This document shows positions 24,385 through 38,729 of a stretch of 64,000 nucleotides of DNA, piece after piece. Position 1 is the stretch's first letter. Every line of letters starts with the position of its first letter. The stretch spans positions 35,030,001 to 35,094,000 of the forward strand of contig NC_087254.1 of NCBI RefSeq assembly GCF_037042905.1, read 5' to 3'. A program made the translations under genes and the position numbers. This DNA comes from Lytechinus pictus. Its lineage: Eukaryota. The notes below the pieces were generated by a model, which did not search any database, had not been told where the DNA came from, and saw nothing but the letters and a program-made list of their open reading frames with translations.

Positions 24385-25086
24385 CAAGGCCTTTGATTCA
24401 GAATGGATGACAGCTCTGAGGGACCTTGAGTGAAGCTACGTAGTGGCGTAATGAGCAAAAAATATTCAGGGGTCTCGATATGGCGTATCGCATAAAATTG
24501 AGTTGCGAGCAAAAACTTTAGCATTCAGTTATGACAGTTTGTGATAGATTTCGACATAATATTTGCAAAATGATATATTTCACCCTTATCCCTTTCCTTC
24601 TCTTTCCTTTTCTCTTTTGTTCCTTGCCATGAAAAATTGGGAGGGGGCAAGATCGAGTCCCCAAGCCCCATCTGTACGCCCATGAAGCAACGAATTTATC
24701 TAAGGATATTTTTTTTCAATGGCTCTGATAATGAATATATTGTGTTATAAACTAATGAACTATAGTTAATATCCAAATGCGAGTAAATTTTCAGTAGGTG
24801 GAAGAAAGATGTATTTCACCTCAGTAAAAAAAATACAAAAACAAAAAGTAATTTTCTCTTGGGAGGGATCCCGACGAAAATATGTTCAGGTAAAATACAT
24901 AATTTTAAAGTAGATTACGTTTTGATTCCATACCATCCACGCCATAACAGTTTGAAGGACATTCATATTCGAATGTAGTAATAAACTGATTTACTTACAG
25001 CAAGTATTGAAGAATTTACCACCAAAAGGATGATTTAAAACAATGCCGGAAGGCTTTTATCAGCACGTTACTCCATCACCCTAATT

Positions 25087-25146
25087 ATCATCATCATCAT
25101 CATCTTCTTCATCGTCTTCATCAGCAACAGCACAAGCAGCAGCAGC

Positions 25147-25180
<34 letters not shown>

Positions 25181-25217
25181 TCATCTTCGTCTTCATCAGC
25201 AACAGCACCAGCAGCAG

Positions 25218-25249
<32 letters not shown>

Positions 25250-25289
25250 TCATCATTACCACCACCATCATCATCACCACCAGCAGCAT
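25087..25289. repeat. Compound (CAT/CAC/CAG)n microsatellite
   Basis: Directly visible; explains the poly-M/V/L ORF at 25068-25289. Confidence 0.95.
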
Positions 25290-28200
25290 GGCAATAATAA
25301 ACTCAGGAGATTCAAAGATGAGAAAGACAATTAATATTTGTTGTACTGCTGATAACTTTTTTTCTTTAATTATCTGGCCAGTTTACAGACTCCATTCATG
25401 ATGCCATGATGGATCTGAGTTTACATGATTACTTGAATGAGAAGCCTCTCCCCACCGATCACTGGATGCAACTAAAACATAACTTCTATCTGTAATACCT
25501 CTGCATACATCCACCTCATGCATGAGTGTGGGAGGGGCTGCACACAGCCTTATACTAACAAAAACACATCTATAATAACAAGTACTAATGGGAACATTCC
25601 CAGATCTGATTACAACCTTTGAGCATATGCTAATCACGTTTACATACTTAAATTACATTTGTAGTATAGAGGACGATGATATTGTGGCATTCGGCATTGT
25701 TTGCTGCTCATTTTCATCTTCATAATAATAATATATATACATGTTTTCAATCTTTTAAATGATCACTAATATTCTATATGAATAGAAGACATAGCCCTAC
25801 AACTGTCCCATGAATGAGTAACATACATGTAATAGCAAAAAATATAGGCTTCCGATAATTAATCAATAAATGCAAACAAAATCTACTTCTTAAAAGCTTA
25901 TTGCTGAATTATACAATTATGAAAATAATAATATATAGAGCTATAGTTTTCATTGTCATTCAGTAGAAAATCAACAAAATCACTACCAGGAAAAGAACAT
26001 TTTTTTTCCAAATCTGAGTTTGGTTATAGTATAACATAATGAATGCTCAGAAGGGGAACAGGTAAAACTATTTGCCCAGAGGTGAACTCTCAACAGTTCT
26101 AAAACCAAAGACAAAGCACAGTACATGTACTAGGTTAGACCTCAATGAGAGCAAATTTCAGTGTGAACCCCCCAAAAGAAGTAATTATTTAGGAATTTTT
26201 TTTACTACAAGCCACTTTATTATGAGAAAATTATGTCAGATCATGTTGTTGAAATCAATACTGATTCACATGTAGCAAGACTGGTACCACTAGCTGCATC
26301 CAGCTACTGTCTGTGGCTGTGCATGTAACATTTCTTTTTGTTGAAGGGATAACTGCTAGTATAACTTTTCACTATATAGTAGTCAGTGGTACTTTCCATT
26401 AATATGTATTTGACCACATACATCGACCTAGAGTCATTTTGCAAGGTATATAACATGAACTAATCAATAACAGTATGAGATAAAATATATACCAACCAGA
26501 AAAAAATGAAGGAATGTTGTAATTACCAAGATACTCAAGATAAAAGTAATGAACTCATATCACAAATTCAGAGATAAACAAAACAAGCTATCATTAAATC
26601 TTCAATGTAGATATGTATATTCATGTACATGATGAACATACATCAAGTAACAAGTGTAACTGATGTATTTCTGAAACGTAGGTGATATTTTACTAGTGAT
26701 AACCCCTTGTTGTTGTTTCTTTATCTGTCCATTTTTATTGTATGGCTTTTAATATAGCAAAACCATAAATACTGGTAAAGCTAACACCCCATGAAAAGGG
26801 CAGCAGCACCAGCAAAGTGTTGATGCCGTCTATTTTGTTGCAAACAACCATTACATGGCAGATGCAACTTACAACCAGTGGGATTTATCTGGAATTAAAA
26901 CATTGAGATATTTGTACTCAATAGTAGAATAATAAACATAGATTAATTACTTTTCAAATCACTGCAAAACATATGCTTTATGTAAGTGAACTTACTATAT
27001 AAACCCTTTGAGGATTAAACTCCAAGCAAACTATATGAATATAAATCTTGAGGATTAAATCCAATATATTTCATGTATTACATAAACTGAGCTGCAGTAT
27101 ATTGATTGTATTTTTTAAAGAGGAAAACATTGTTTTTCTGCATAACTAAGGAACAATCTGACAAAGAGGTTTGCTTGAGAAATGCCCAAATACAAACATA
27201 CATATGGTAACCAATTTGTAAACACTGTACACAGTTAGTGTACAGAAAGTTCAAAACATTTTACAAAATCACACATCAGTCTGATTTCAATTTCAAAATG
27301 AAAGAAGATGGAAAGTAAGGCAATTGATGGCTTGCTATGTAAGTTCATACACATTTGTACACTTGTCGAGGCGGGTTTGCATAAACAATCCATAGCATAC
27401 TAATACATGTATCATTAATGCACAAAGACTGGAAACAAAGACAGCTTGATCTAATATAACGTGTAACAGATGACTACAGCAGTACATGGATGATATGTAT
27501 TCTTAAACTGAAACCAATGGTTACTTGGAAGATGTTACAGGACAACAGCCTTATGAAGACAACAACCATACATGTAGATATGATTTAAACGTGGGAGTCC
27601 TCCAAACATGCAGCCTTGGAGGACAACCAGCACGAGGACATGTCCTTGAGGATAGGTCTCCCCTAAGGGAACCTGTCCAAATGACAAATTCCCCAAGGAA
27701 AAGACCCTGCAGCATGTTGCCCGAGAGGATAACTAAACACAGGACAGCTCCTTCAAAGCAAGTCTCCCCTCAGGACACCTGTCCAATGACAAATTCCCCA
27801 AGGAAAGCACTCCTTGAGAAGTTATCCTCCAAGAAGTTGTCTTGGAAACTGCAAGAATGTAAATTACGTACCATACTTTCCCCTATTGACTTGGGTGATC
27901 CTTTGATCACTGAAGCCTGAAGGAATTCAGGGTTCACAGCAGATGAAAGAAAAAAACCTACCCACAATAAGAAACCTTGAAGACTGATCTATTAAAGAAG
28001 TATTCTGTCCTTGCTACTCTTTTAGCTACACTGTGTGCAGTGCAGTCTGAATGACTTCTGATTTAACATCAACATATCATTCTCAGAGAGCCAATATCCA
28101 TGACAACATAAAGAAGTTACTTTGGTTAATTAAAAAATGTTAGCTCTTGATACTATACACACAAATCCATGCCAAATCCATTCACTTTATCTGTATCAGG

Positions 28201-29979
28201 TGTAAAAACAACTATTTGAATTGATAACAACACTATTCAGCACTTATCTCCTTAAAAAAAAATCAAGCCAAACATAAACCTGAAGATGTATTAACATTCA
28301 GAATCATTCTAAGTGCACTCACCTCCCAGTTTCCATGTATGCTAAAATACAGTTTTATATGGAAGACACCATTAACAATACAAATCACTTTTAAATTTTT
28401 ATAAAAATTGTACAAATCAATAACAAAAGTATTCATCACACAAACATTGAGACAGTGGTGACATAGAGATATTGTAAAAGTAAAAAAAAGCCACTCAAAC
28501 AAACATTGATACAGGTTACAATTATCATGTTGTATGATATTGGATGAGAGAGTTAAACAAAGATTTCATGATGATATGCAGATGATCTACATGTAGTAAG
28601 AGGAACCCTTTGAGGGGATAATATGAAATATCAATATCACAAATGTATTTTGTAGCATAAATTTTAAAGGGGCCCTCCACCATCCCAGCAATTTCTATGA
28701 GGTGAAAATATGAAAAACATCTTTCAAATGCTCATCCATAATAAAAATACTATAACCAAAAAATATACAATATCATTTAAAGTAGATTCACTTGCAGTCA
28801 GGAAGGCTTTGAGCAAATATCGTGGTAGGAATATTAAATTTGTTATTGTTCTCAGTGATGAAAGAAAGAAATCAGATTAGTTGACTGGAGCACATTTTGA
28901 TGTTTTCAAAACTGTTCTCACCAAATTATAAACAAAGTATATAAAGAATGTGGCAATGTCAGGGTAGTTACGGGGGAGGAAGGGTGTCATCAATTTATAG
29001 ATGACAAAAGATGAAATAAAAGTGAACTTTAAGTAACAGATTATGTTCAAAACAGACCCCCCCACATCTGAATTTACTTTTGAGAAATAAAACTTCTCAT
29101 GTAAAAGTTAATAAATACATGTATTAAATAGCAAAAAAAAAAAAAATATTTACTCAACATATTTCACACAAATTTATTATGTGACTTTGTAGGGCATCAT
29201 TGATATTATTTTCATATTCATATTTACCATCAAAACAGATAATTTTCACACCTGATCAAACAGATTATATCCATGCAAACATCAGCCACGTGTTTCCTTT
29301 TAAAAGAAGAAATAAAATATACTACAGTTGGTCAAATGTTCAGCACATGCATACGACCGTTGCTTTCTTTTATATGTAATTACTACATCTATTAATTGCA
29401 TAATCTCCAATACATCTACTAGTACATGATATACAAAAAGTGATACAAAAAAAAAGAGTGGAAATCTGCATCTTGTTTTTTTTTCAGGAACCACAGGAGC
29501 TGGAGGTTAATGGAATGTGCCTAATGTAAGATTAATCTAATCAGGTAGGTTATCATATCCCAGTATTGTTTTGATTTGATTAATTCATCTAGGTTTCACG
29601 ATATCTAGATCTAAATAGAAGGTGGTATGCTACACGCAATAATGGGAGGTTCTATTTACACCAGTGCAACACCATTGCAAAAACGATGCAATTTCGATAA
29701 AAGAGCAAAGTACATAAGAAGCAGAACATGGAGGACATATATGAAGCTTCATGGATCGTTAACACTCAACAGCTCTCCATTTGAAGCCAATGAAAGAAAG
29801 TGGGCCAACAAATTCATGGACTATTAAATTAAAAAAAAACCCTTCGGAAAACCTCCATGTTACACTCACATTAGGCACCTCCAAAAGAGTCTAACAGATT
29901 TCCATCCATCTGATTTTTGTTTTGAAACATAACTTTTGTTGCTGTTGTTGATATCGTATTTGTTTTCTCTTCAACATAG

Positions 29980-30173
29980 CTACCAGTCCTTCTTTATATC
30001 GAAGGACCATTCCCACTCCAAAATGCTGGTTTTGTCATCATCGGTGAACTTGCTCTTGACTGTATAGTGCCCTCTTGAGATCATGCCAGATGGGGCATCC
30101 TCAAGCGGTGTTTTGAATGAATGAGGGTCATTATTTGGTCCGTAGCTCCCAACCATTAAATTCGATTTTTCAA
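29980..30173 (-). CDS. ARHGDIA: RhoGDI coding exon 5 (VEKSNLMVGSYGP...DIKKDW*)
   Basis: 194 nt, acceptor preceded by a (CT)n tract, TAG stop at 29980-29982. Confidence 0.96.
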
Positions 30174-30992
30174 CTAAGAGAGAGAGAGAGAGGGAGAGGG
30201 GGAGAGAGAAAAAAAACGTAATTGAATAATGATCTATTACATAATTTTTAGAACAACAGACAAACAATACTAATAATGTTAATAACAATATGTAATACTT
30301 ATACAGCACTTAAAACAATGTTTCTGAGTGATGCATAATATTACACCAGCTTTAGCATGGCTACCCTGATCAGATACTCAAGCATTCAAGGCATTCCTTC
30401 CTACCGAGTATTCCTATATCTGGATGGAGAGTGGCAAATGTAGATAACTAACTTTTCAAAGGACACAAGTACTGCGGTGGAATTTGAACCCCAGACCTTG
30501 TGGATCAAAGTCTTGAGACTTATCCACTCACTCAGCCAAGTTAATAACATTTAGTTCTCAAATAGCATATATCACACTGTCATCTAGTGTCTCTAATCAC
30601 TTCCAAAATGGTACATACTGGAAATGAATATTCTCCTTTTTTATATGACAAAACCGACGTCTATATTCATTTTAATAATGCATGACAAACATCTTGTATC
30701 CATCTATTTAAACAAGTTTGCAACTGATTATTATCTATACTTGTACTTGTCTTGTAAAAGATTCTACAATTCAGCCTTTGGCAGTGAATGAATTTCCAAT
30801 AGACCATCACCATTAACAAAGGGACTTTGAATACTATTACCATGGCTCTAGCCTGGCAAGCGTTTTACAATCCACAAGCATTTCAAATCAATTTCTGCCA
30901 GGTAAATATTTACCTTGCCTGGGTTGAGTGCAACATATTGTGTATCAAGACAAGACAAGACTAAAATCCATCTCATTGTTATTTAACATCTA

Positions 30993-31593
30993 CCGTAAGT
31001 ATCGGACTATAAACCACACTTTTCCTCGGTGGGGAAGAGCCAAAAGTCGGGGTGCAGTTAATTCACAGAGCTACATGTAGGTCTGAGCAGAGCCAAACTC
31101 AGCCTGAAAATAAACCAAGACCACTACCAATTTACAACTCATCGGGTAGCCAAGGGTAACCGCTTGAGGCAATGTGCAAAATTACAACAGCAGCACGGAA
31201 AGGGCTAAAGGGGTATGAGCCGTGGGTAAAAATGGGAAGCGACTATGACTACCTTACCTTAATCAATAAATGTCCATCAAAGTTTGATTACAGTAACAAA
31301 TGCACCTACCTTCATGAACTTCAATGAAACTGACATTGACTTTATGATTAGTGTGACTTTGTTGTCATTGATTCAAAGCGGCAAAGTTCAGAGAGATGCC
31401 AATCGACAGCACAGCGCAGCCGAATAAGACCTGCATGTTTATCGCAAAGTCAACATAAGATGGAGCTATTCACCTTACCGTGGCAGTGATTCTGTTTGAG
31501 TCAGTTAGATGACTTTTTTTTTTTTTGTGATTCATCCTAAAATGGGGGTGTGGTTTAAATTCATGAGTGCGGTTTATAGTCCGATACTTACGG
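30993..31593. mobile_element. Tc2/pogo-like MITE related to the 13309-14377 element, in opposite orientation
   Basis: TIR CCGTAAGTATCGGACTATAAACC(A/G)CACT, TA flanks; shares GGGTATGAGCCG and AACAAATGCACC.ACCTTCATGA blocks with the 13.3-kb element. Confidence 0.85.
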
Positions 31594-31977
31594 TAACTCC
31601 TTGTAATTTAAACTTGAAAATTACATGTATGTGTCATCCATCCACTGGAAAAAAGTTTTAGTGTATAAATAGCTACTCTGATCAATTTTGTAATACTTTA
31701 ATCTAAATGTATTAAATTCAATCTAATATATCATAATACAAACTAATTTCCAAAATAATACATATTACAATTCCTTGTGTAAGAACATATGTTTTCGTGT
31801 ATCACATTAGTGACACCTTTAGTGACAACTTTTAGGCTGTTTGGTGTCAAAGTTCAAGCCACAAGCTATACATACATATAAACCTTTGCCCCATAATCAC
31901 ATGCCTTATTTTATTTGGCAACTGTTTCAGAGTGTTTAAATTTATTCATGATTAGTGTCATGTTTTTTACAACTTAC

Positions 31978-32041
31978 CTCTGACAGCTTTTCTGTATATT
32001 TGATAACAGTACCTTAATCCAGGCACAATCTCACGCTGGAC
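31978..32041 (-). CDS. ARHGDIA: RhoGDI coding exon 4 (VQREIVPGLRYCYQIYRKAVR)
   Basis: 64 nt, AG/GTAAGT boundaries. Confidence 0.94.
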
Positions 32042-33351
32042 CTGAATGAGTGGGGGAAAAACAAACATTGTTAGGAGCTGTATTGTAACGGTACCTTAAC
32101 CCATACTCTAATTCCGCATTGTGAATAGTTTTGCCAGAGTGGGGATCCCACACACAACTTTCATACTCTATGACAGTATCTCAAGAGCAAAATTTGAAGG
32201 ATGAAATGGACTTGACCTTTGGGGGCCTAAATATTACATGACATTACAAATGATGACTGCTTTATACATACTCAGTTTCTGAAGATGATCTAATCAAAAG
32301 ACACAAGAATTTAAACTCCTACAACATGACTCTACTCTGAGTTTTAATTCTTAACGATATGTGGTACCTATGGATTATTGACCACTTTAGCACCATTGCA
32401 GACAAATTTGCATTTAATTGACAATGCTCTATTATCCTGCATTCAAATAAAGTGGAAATGCTATACGCATTATTGGTAACTAGGTGTGCACTTTAAAGAA
32501 AATATATATATATAATATCTTGGCACATAAGTAATTTTTTATACAGAACTCAGTCTGTAGCGGAAGAGGTAGTGTGATGAGGGCGATTTCATAATATCTT
32601 CCATATATTTTAAGATGACCTGGGCCCCGTAACACAAAGAATTAATTGTTAAATGAAATGGCCTATCAAGTTCATTGTTGCATGCACATTTGCTTTGTAG
32701 GCTGACTAGGAACCAATCAGAGTTTTTCTTTCAAATTAGCGATTAAGGCTAATCACTAAGCATTGTGTTATGGGGAACCTGTTAAAGACAAATACCATTT
32801 GTGGTAACAATCTCAAAATGTGTTCCATCAGAATCCAATAAAATTACCACCCAAGTTTTTGTATGTATAAATAATATATATGTGGCTAATGACTCTAGAA
32901 TAAAATGCATAATTGCTGAGAAATGAGCACGGAATTCCATCAAATGTCAGGTATTTTTCAGAGCAATATAAATACACTATCCCACATATGTTTTTCTGTG
33001 TAAGTGATCATCAGAATTATCAGTTTCGAGCTAGATTTCATTATTTCACAAAGATAAGATTACATTAATGTAACAGATCTAGATAGATGGTAATATGGTG
33101 ACAATTAACCTTGATTTAAAAGACTTTCTCATGAAATAATTGTTTGCTGCAACTTCTATCTTTTACCTTTAATAAGTATATTGCGACCAGTAGAGTACTT
33201 ACAAGACACTACCTGTCGCCATGATGTGGCCAAATCCATAGTTTATCCAAACATTTTTTTTTTAACCAAACATGCTGTTCAGCTATGTCACAAGCAAACC
33301 TGAAGAAATAAATTCAACTCCATTCAAGTACAATATTTCATGATTGCTTAC

Positions 33352-33428
33352 CCTGAATTTGATAGCCAGCCGATACTGTATTCCTTCCTTGATTGTGATA
33401 GGCTTAGCCTTTAACTTGGTCAAATCCC
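33352..33428 (-). CDS. ARHGDIA: RhoGDI coding exon 3 (GDLTKLKAKPITIKEGIQYRLAIKFR)
   Basis: 77 nt, AG/GTAAGC boundaries. Confidence 0.94.
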
Positions 33429-33951
33429 CTGAGATAGTAAGAGGGGGAGGGGAAAAAAGAAGCTATTGACTGCATGCAATGTATGCCTAGGTCATAGTCA
33501 CAATTGAAATACACTGCAAATCCAACTCTGAAATAAGTAGATCAATTCCACTCTCATATGGGTTGAATTTAAATCTGATTGGAAGTCATCAGTGAAATTG
33601 GAAGACAAAACATTGGCATGAAACAAATTAAATAACTCTCATTGTGTGTGACTTCCATGAAAAGATCCAATGAGATATCGTCAGACACATTGTATTTCAC
33701 TCACACTTTGCAGTGACTAGAAAAGCAATGCGAATGAAAAAAAGAAGGATTCAACAGTCAACTGTCAATTTAATAATTATGAAATACTTGCAGTAACAGT
33801 GAGAGAAATGTATGCTGATTTAAAAGATATTTCGAGGTATATTTCTTTGTGGTCATGAAAGATTAGATTTAATTACTTTAAATGCGGCACTATGAGACAT
33901 TTGAAAGCAGATAAATGCTAAAGTAAAGTAATTTATGGTAACTAACTTTAA

Positions 33952-34504
33952 AGGAGAATGAAACCTGTGGAACATGTGGACTTGTGTGGAAAATTTGAGA
34001 AAAATCGGACAAGAATGAGAAAGTTATGAGCATTTGAATATTGCGATCACTAATGCTATAGAGATCCTCTCATTGGCAATGCAACAAAGATGTGTGATGT
34101 CACATGTGAACAACTTTCCCTTTGGTGGACTATTCAATAGCCACAAAATGTCTCTTTTTGCTCTTTCTTATGGTGATACAAACTCTTTATCCATAATGTA
34201 TTTTTTGAAAATTTGTATTACATGCCCTCCTATAGAAAGAAAACATGACCTACTGATAGATGTGATGAAAGAGGCAGTTTAAGTGAAATATATACAAAAG
34301 TACTGGAAGAGTTGTTCACAAGTGACATCACACATCTTTGTCACATTGTCAATGGGAGGATCTCCATAGTCCATAGCATTAGTGATTGCAATATTCAAAT
34401 GCTCATAACTTTCTCATTATTTTTCCGATTTTGTTCAAACTTTTGTTGATCGCTTTCTTTGATTTTCTGTTCTAACACAAGTTATCTTCTTCCAAAGGTT
34501 TCCT
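33952..34504. mobile_element. Kolobok-like non-autonomous element
   Basis: TTAA|AGG...CCT|TTAA ends; long internal inverted repeat ~34002-34115 versus ~34310-34432. Confidence 0.7.
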
Positions 34505-34559
34505 TTAATATAACAGTACCTGGATTTCTTCTTTTAATAAAACCACACAATGTGCTCAC

Positions 34560-34640
34560 CTGTTAAATCTAGTACGATATCCTCTCTGCCCTCGACCAGA
34601 AAAACCATCGCTTTTACTTGCACATTTGCACCTCCATCAT
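34560..34640 (-). CDS. ARHGDIA: RhoGDI coding exon 2 (DDGGANVQVKAMVFLVEGREDIVLDLT)
   Basis: 81 nt, phase 1/1, AG/GTGAGC boundaries. Confidence 0.93.
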
Positions 34641-35244
34641 CTGAAAGTGAGGAGAAACATAAAACAATTTGACAAGTTATAAAATGGTGAAATGGATCCT
34701 AATCAAATGATCAAATGACAAAGATCTATCTAGGTGTCATACAAATTATAATAATAATACACATCATATTCCTTGGGTATTAAAAAAATTACACATACAT
34801 GTAAAGTATATGCAACAGTCCAAAAGTCCCTCATGCATGTAAGTTCTACTAACGCCCTTGGTGTATTAGTATTGGGAAAAAAAATAATCTTATTATTTTC
34901 CAGGGCTACTTTTTGTGCACATTGGCAAAATTTGGAGGATTTCTTTGCTCTGATGAATGGCCAAAGTAAGTTTTGACTGCAATGAATGGATCAAGATGCT
35001 TATACATGTATTTCAGTTGCAGTACACTTCCTTTCAATATACTTCTTTCAATGATAATGAAAAGTATTTTAAAAACAATTTTCATGTTGCTTTTGTTGAA
35101 AAGATACCTTGCAGTCAAATTCATGTATTCATAAGAATTCAAAATTACATTCTAGTAATACATTAAATTTTATTCAATCATCAACCAATCATTTATCCAT
35201 CCATCCATCCATCTCATCATTCATTCATCTACTGTATATCTACC

Positions 35245-35582
35245 NNNNNNNNNNNNNNNNNNNNNNNNNNNNNNNNNNNNNNNNNNNNNNNNNNNNNNNN
35301 NNNNNNNNNNNNNNNNNNNNNNNNNNNNNNNNNNNNNNNNNNNNNNNNNNNNNNNNNNNNNNNNNNNNNNNNNNNNNNNNNNNNNNNNNNNNNNNNNNNN
35401 NNNNNNNNNNNNNNNNNNNNNNNNNNNNNNNNNNNNNNNNNNNNNNNNNNNNNNNNNNNNNNNNNNNNNNNNNNNNNNNNNNNNNNNNNNNNNNNNNNNN
35501 NNNNNNNNNNNNNNNNNNNNNNNNNNNNNNNNNNNNNNNNNNNNNNNNNNNNNNNNNNNNNNNNNNNNNNNNNNNNNNNNNN
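35245..35582. other. Assembly gap (338 N) inside a RhoGDI intron
   Basis: Run of N; the flanking exons still splice in frame. Confidence 1.
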
Positions 35583-36531
35583 TACGACAACAAAAACTTA
35601 AAAATGCTGTCTCTCTGGCTTGTACCATCACATCATGTTATCACGTCAGGTCAAGCAATCATGTCCACCCGACCATGGGAGGATTTTTCTCTAAAATTCT
35701 CAAAACATCAGGTAAATTGGACATGACCTTTCAAAAACTAAGGGCACCCTTTTCTCGAAAGGTCAGGTAAATTGGACCCGACCTTTCATGAATTTAGGGG
35801 GCTCTTATCTCGAATGGTCAGGTTTCGTGATTGCCTGACCCGATGCGACAAACCGATGTGATGATACAAGCTGTCTCTCACATCCTTTTTCTATGTCCAC
35901 CATCACATTACTCCTATTTTGAAATCCTTACATTGGCTCCAGTAAACAACATATTTATACTTAAGATTTTGCTGTTAACTTTACACTGTATACAGTATGC
36001 AAGTTTCTTCTCCACAGTAACTCATTTCATTAATTAAAAGGTACACCCCTTTAAGTTCCTTAGAGTAACATTCCTCTAAATCCAGTTCTCCCATTACCCC
36101 CAAAGATTTTAAAAACCTGAGGGTAAAGATTATTTGTCCAATCATCCTCTAAGTTATGGAACAGCCTTACTGAATAAAATTACAAAAAATCAACTCCAGA
36201 AACTTAAATTAAAAAAAAAAATATATATTTATGTTCAATTCTCCTTCATTTCCTTTAAAATTTCTTCAAAAGCACCTTGAGCACTCTACAGAGTGGATTT
36301 GGCACAATATCTGTCAAATTAATAATTATTATTATAATAATTTAAAAATAATAATAATGATAATAATAAACAATATGATAATGATGATGATAAAACAATA
36401 ATAATAACAATTATTCTAATCAAATTCTAATCATAACTATTATTTATTTATTATCATTACCATCAAAATCATTATCACTATCATTATTATCATTATTATT
36501 TTATCATTATTATTATTATATAGAAACTTAC

Positions 36532-36715
36532 CCTCTACAGCTTCAGCACCAGCAAGAAGTGTTTTTTTGTACTTGTTTAAACTTTCATCATCTTGATCTA
36601 ATTGCGTTATCTCATCCAGGGTCTTTTGTGCTGGTGGTTTGTAACCAGGGGTGATCTCTGGCTCATCGTTGTCGTCGATAGCCTGGATCTGCTCTGTTTC
36701 ACCTTCTTCGGCCAT
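36532..36715 (-). CDS. ARHGDIA: RhoGDI coding exon 1 (MAEEGETEQ...LLAGAEAVE)
   Basis: ATG at 36715, 184 nt, GTAAGT donor; an upstream acceptor at 36740-36741 implies a non-coding exon further upstream. Confidence 0.95.
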
Positions 36716-38216
36716 TTTCTTGTTGATATATTATTAAACCTATAGAGAGGCAAAAAACAATCATTATTTTTTCAATTTTCTGGGGCTACTTTTCACAACT
36801 TACTGCCTAAATCTTCAACACTGGATAAGTTTTAACATTTCGACGAATAGGAATTTCCAGCACTCTCTTTTTTTTTTAAAGTTTCCAGGGCCTTTTCGAG
36901 CATTTTGGGGGCTAAATCATCCACAGCACTCGTTTATTTTTTTCCTGCCTATTGAAAGAGAAGGGGACAAGTAGTTTACATTTCACTTCTTTGTTTAATA
37001 GATAGGTTTAAAAAAAGATCCTTGATGCATGAAGGTGAACCAGAGACCCCGAGAGAAAGCATTGCAAAACAGATACTATGTAACTTTAAAGGAGATAAAT
37101 CAAGTTTGTGCAATTTCTCACTAGCATTAGCGAACACATTTTCCTCAAATTGGTAATTATATACAAATTCCTAAAATACGACCCCAATCAATATTTTAGC
37201 TCATTGAGGGAGTGCGACTGCAAAGCACAATTGTGCAGAAGTATCCAGATATTTTGAGCATAATTTTTGTAGCTTTTGTGATCAGGTTATCCCCTTTCAA
37301 TGGTTGACTGCATCTGGTCATATGGTTTTATTAAAAGAAGGTTATAAATCAGATTGATCAGGCTATATTACAAATCCAATTTACATGTACACAAGGAGAG
37401 AGAATGGGGTGAGATAGAAATCATGCTCAAATGGAGACAAAAGAGTTTAAATTGTAATTCCTTTTGATATCTCCCAAACAGTTCTGTATCAGCACCTTCA
37501 TGTACTGCAGTGTCTGGAATATTCCAAAGTCATCTTATTTAAACTACATGTAAGTTGAAATTATTACAAGAGCTATTCTTTGCAATTAAAAATAAATAAT
37601 CGACCTTTCTCAGTTTCCACAAATTATTCCTTTATTGTTGAATTATAATTGCTACACCAGCACCCAAATTACATGATCTAGCAGTCTGTTCAGTGCTTGC
37701 CCATTAAAAAGACAAGAACATGAGTAGAACATTGATTCATAATAAGGAGCAACGATGACTCATGGATGAATCATGCTTAAAAGCGGTTTAATAACAAGAG
37801 GCATTCTGCAAGGCACTTCTGTTACAGCTTTGGTAAATGTTACAGCTTTGATAAATGCTACAAGAATAAATTACAATTTTTGGCAACAACATATCTTTTT
37901 TTTTTTAATGAAGTTGTTTACAATGTAGAATTGTCACAAATTACTCATAACCTCAGTGCACCTGTTATTTTCTTTGATAATGGATGGAGCAACTTGCTAG
38001 CTGAGAAATAGTGAGGATTGAAGATAGTATTAAACTCTGCATAATTCCGTTAAAATATATATATATATGTTCGCAACAATGGAATCAATACAATTTTTTT
38101 TGCTGTAATTACATAAATAATCATGCACAACCCCTTAATGTTAAAAAAAGGAAGCTACATGAATGCCCTGGAAGTGGTTGCATTAAAGTATGTACAGGTA
38201 AATTGGTTTACTTGTA

Positions 38217-38729
38217 CAGTGCGTCCCACAAAAAAAGAAACAGGGATTCCCATGTCTTTTTTCTTCAAAAGAAAATAAATTATGATATTTAATTTACATA
38301 ATCATATAATTCGATTATTCCTCTTTATTTTGATACCTACATGCAAAACAAGTTTGAAATTTTAATGTCAAAACCAAGTTACTGTGCAGAAATATTGGAC
38401 AAGATTAGTTTGTGATACGACGGACGAGCTTATTTGACGATTGGCTCATTAGCATTTCTTTTGTATTCTTTGCTAAGATTCCCTCACTTGACCTCTGAAA
38501 TGAGAAAGGATTCAGATTCACACGTGAGTTTCTGCGCAAATCATATTTGATATGCCTCAGTGTGTATTGCTTGTAATCTGCCATGCGTGAACGATTTACT
38601 ACGCTGTTGGTTTCATATTAGAGATGAGATTCCACTCATGCCCTGAGTATCAAATTTAGAGTAAAAACATATTCAATAATTATGAAATCTATCTCTGAAA
38701 ATGGATTTCCTCTTTTGTGGGACGCACTG
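38217..38729. mobile_element. Tc1/mariner-type MITE
   Basis: TIR CAGTGCGTCCCACAAAA, TA flanks. Confidence 0.85.

Larger units (their letters stand above)
29980..36715 (-). other. ARHGDIA: Gene span (start to stop): Rho GDP-dissociation inhibitor, 5 coding exons, 600 nt CDS, 199 aa
   Basis: Exons 36532-36715, 34560-34640, 33352-33428, 31978-32041, 29980-30173 splice in frame; motifs YKPPAQKT, DESLNKYKKTLL, MVGSYGP, APSGMISRGHY, WEWSFDIKKDW. Confidence 0.96.

Noticed and set aside
25068-25289. Met/Val/Leu-rich ORF
   Set aside because: Microsatellite translation with no splice context
27525-27920. 131-aa plus-strand ORF with a repeated MTNSPRK
   Set aside because: TTG start, no recognisable homology, explained by a ~30-bp direct repeat; antisense to the probable RhoGDI 3' UTR
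35109-35726. Long ORFs across the N run
   Set aside because: Artefacts of the assembly gap
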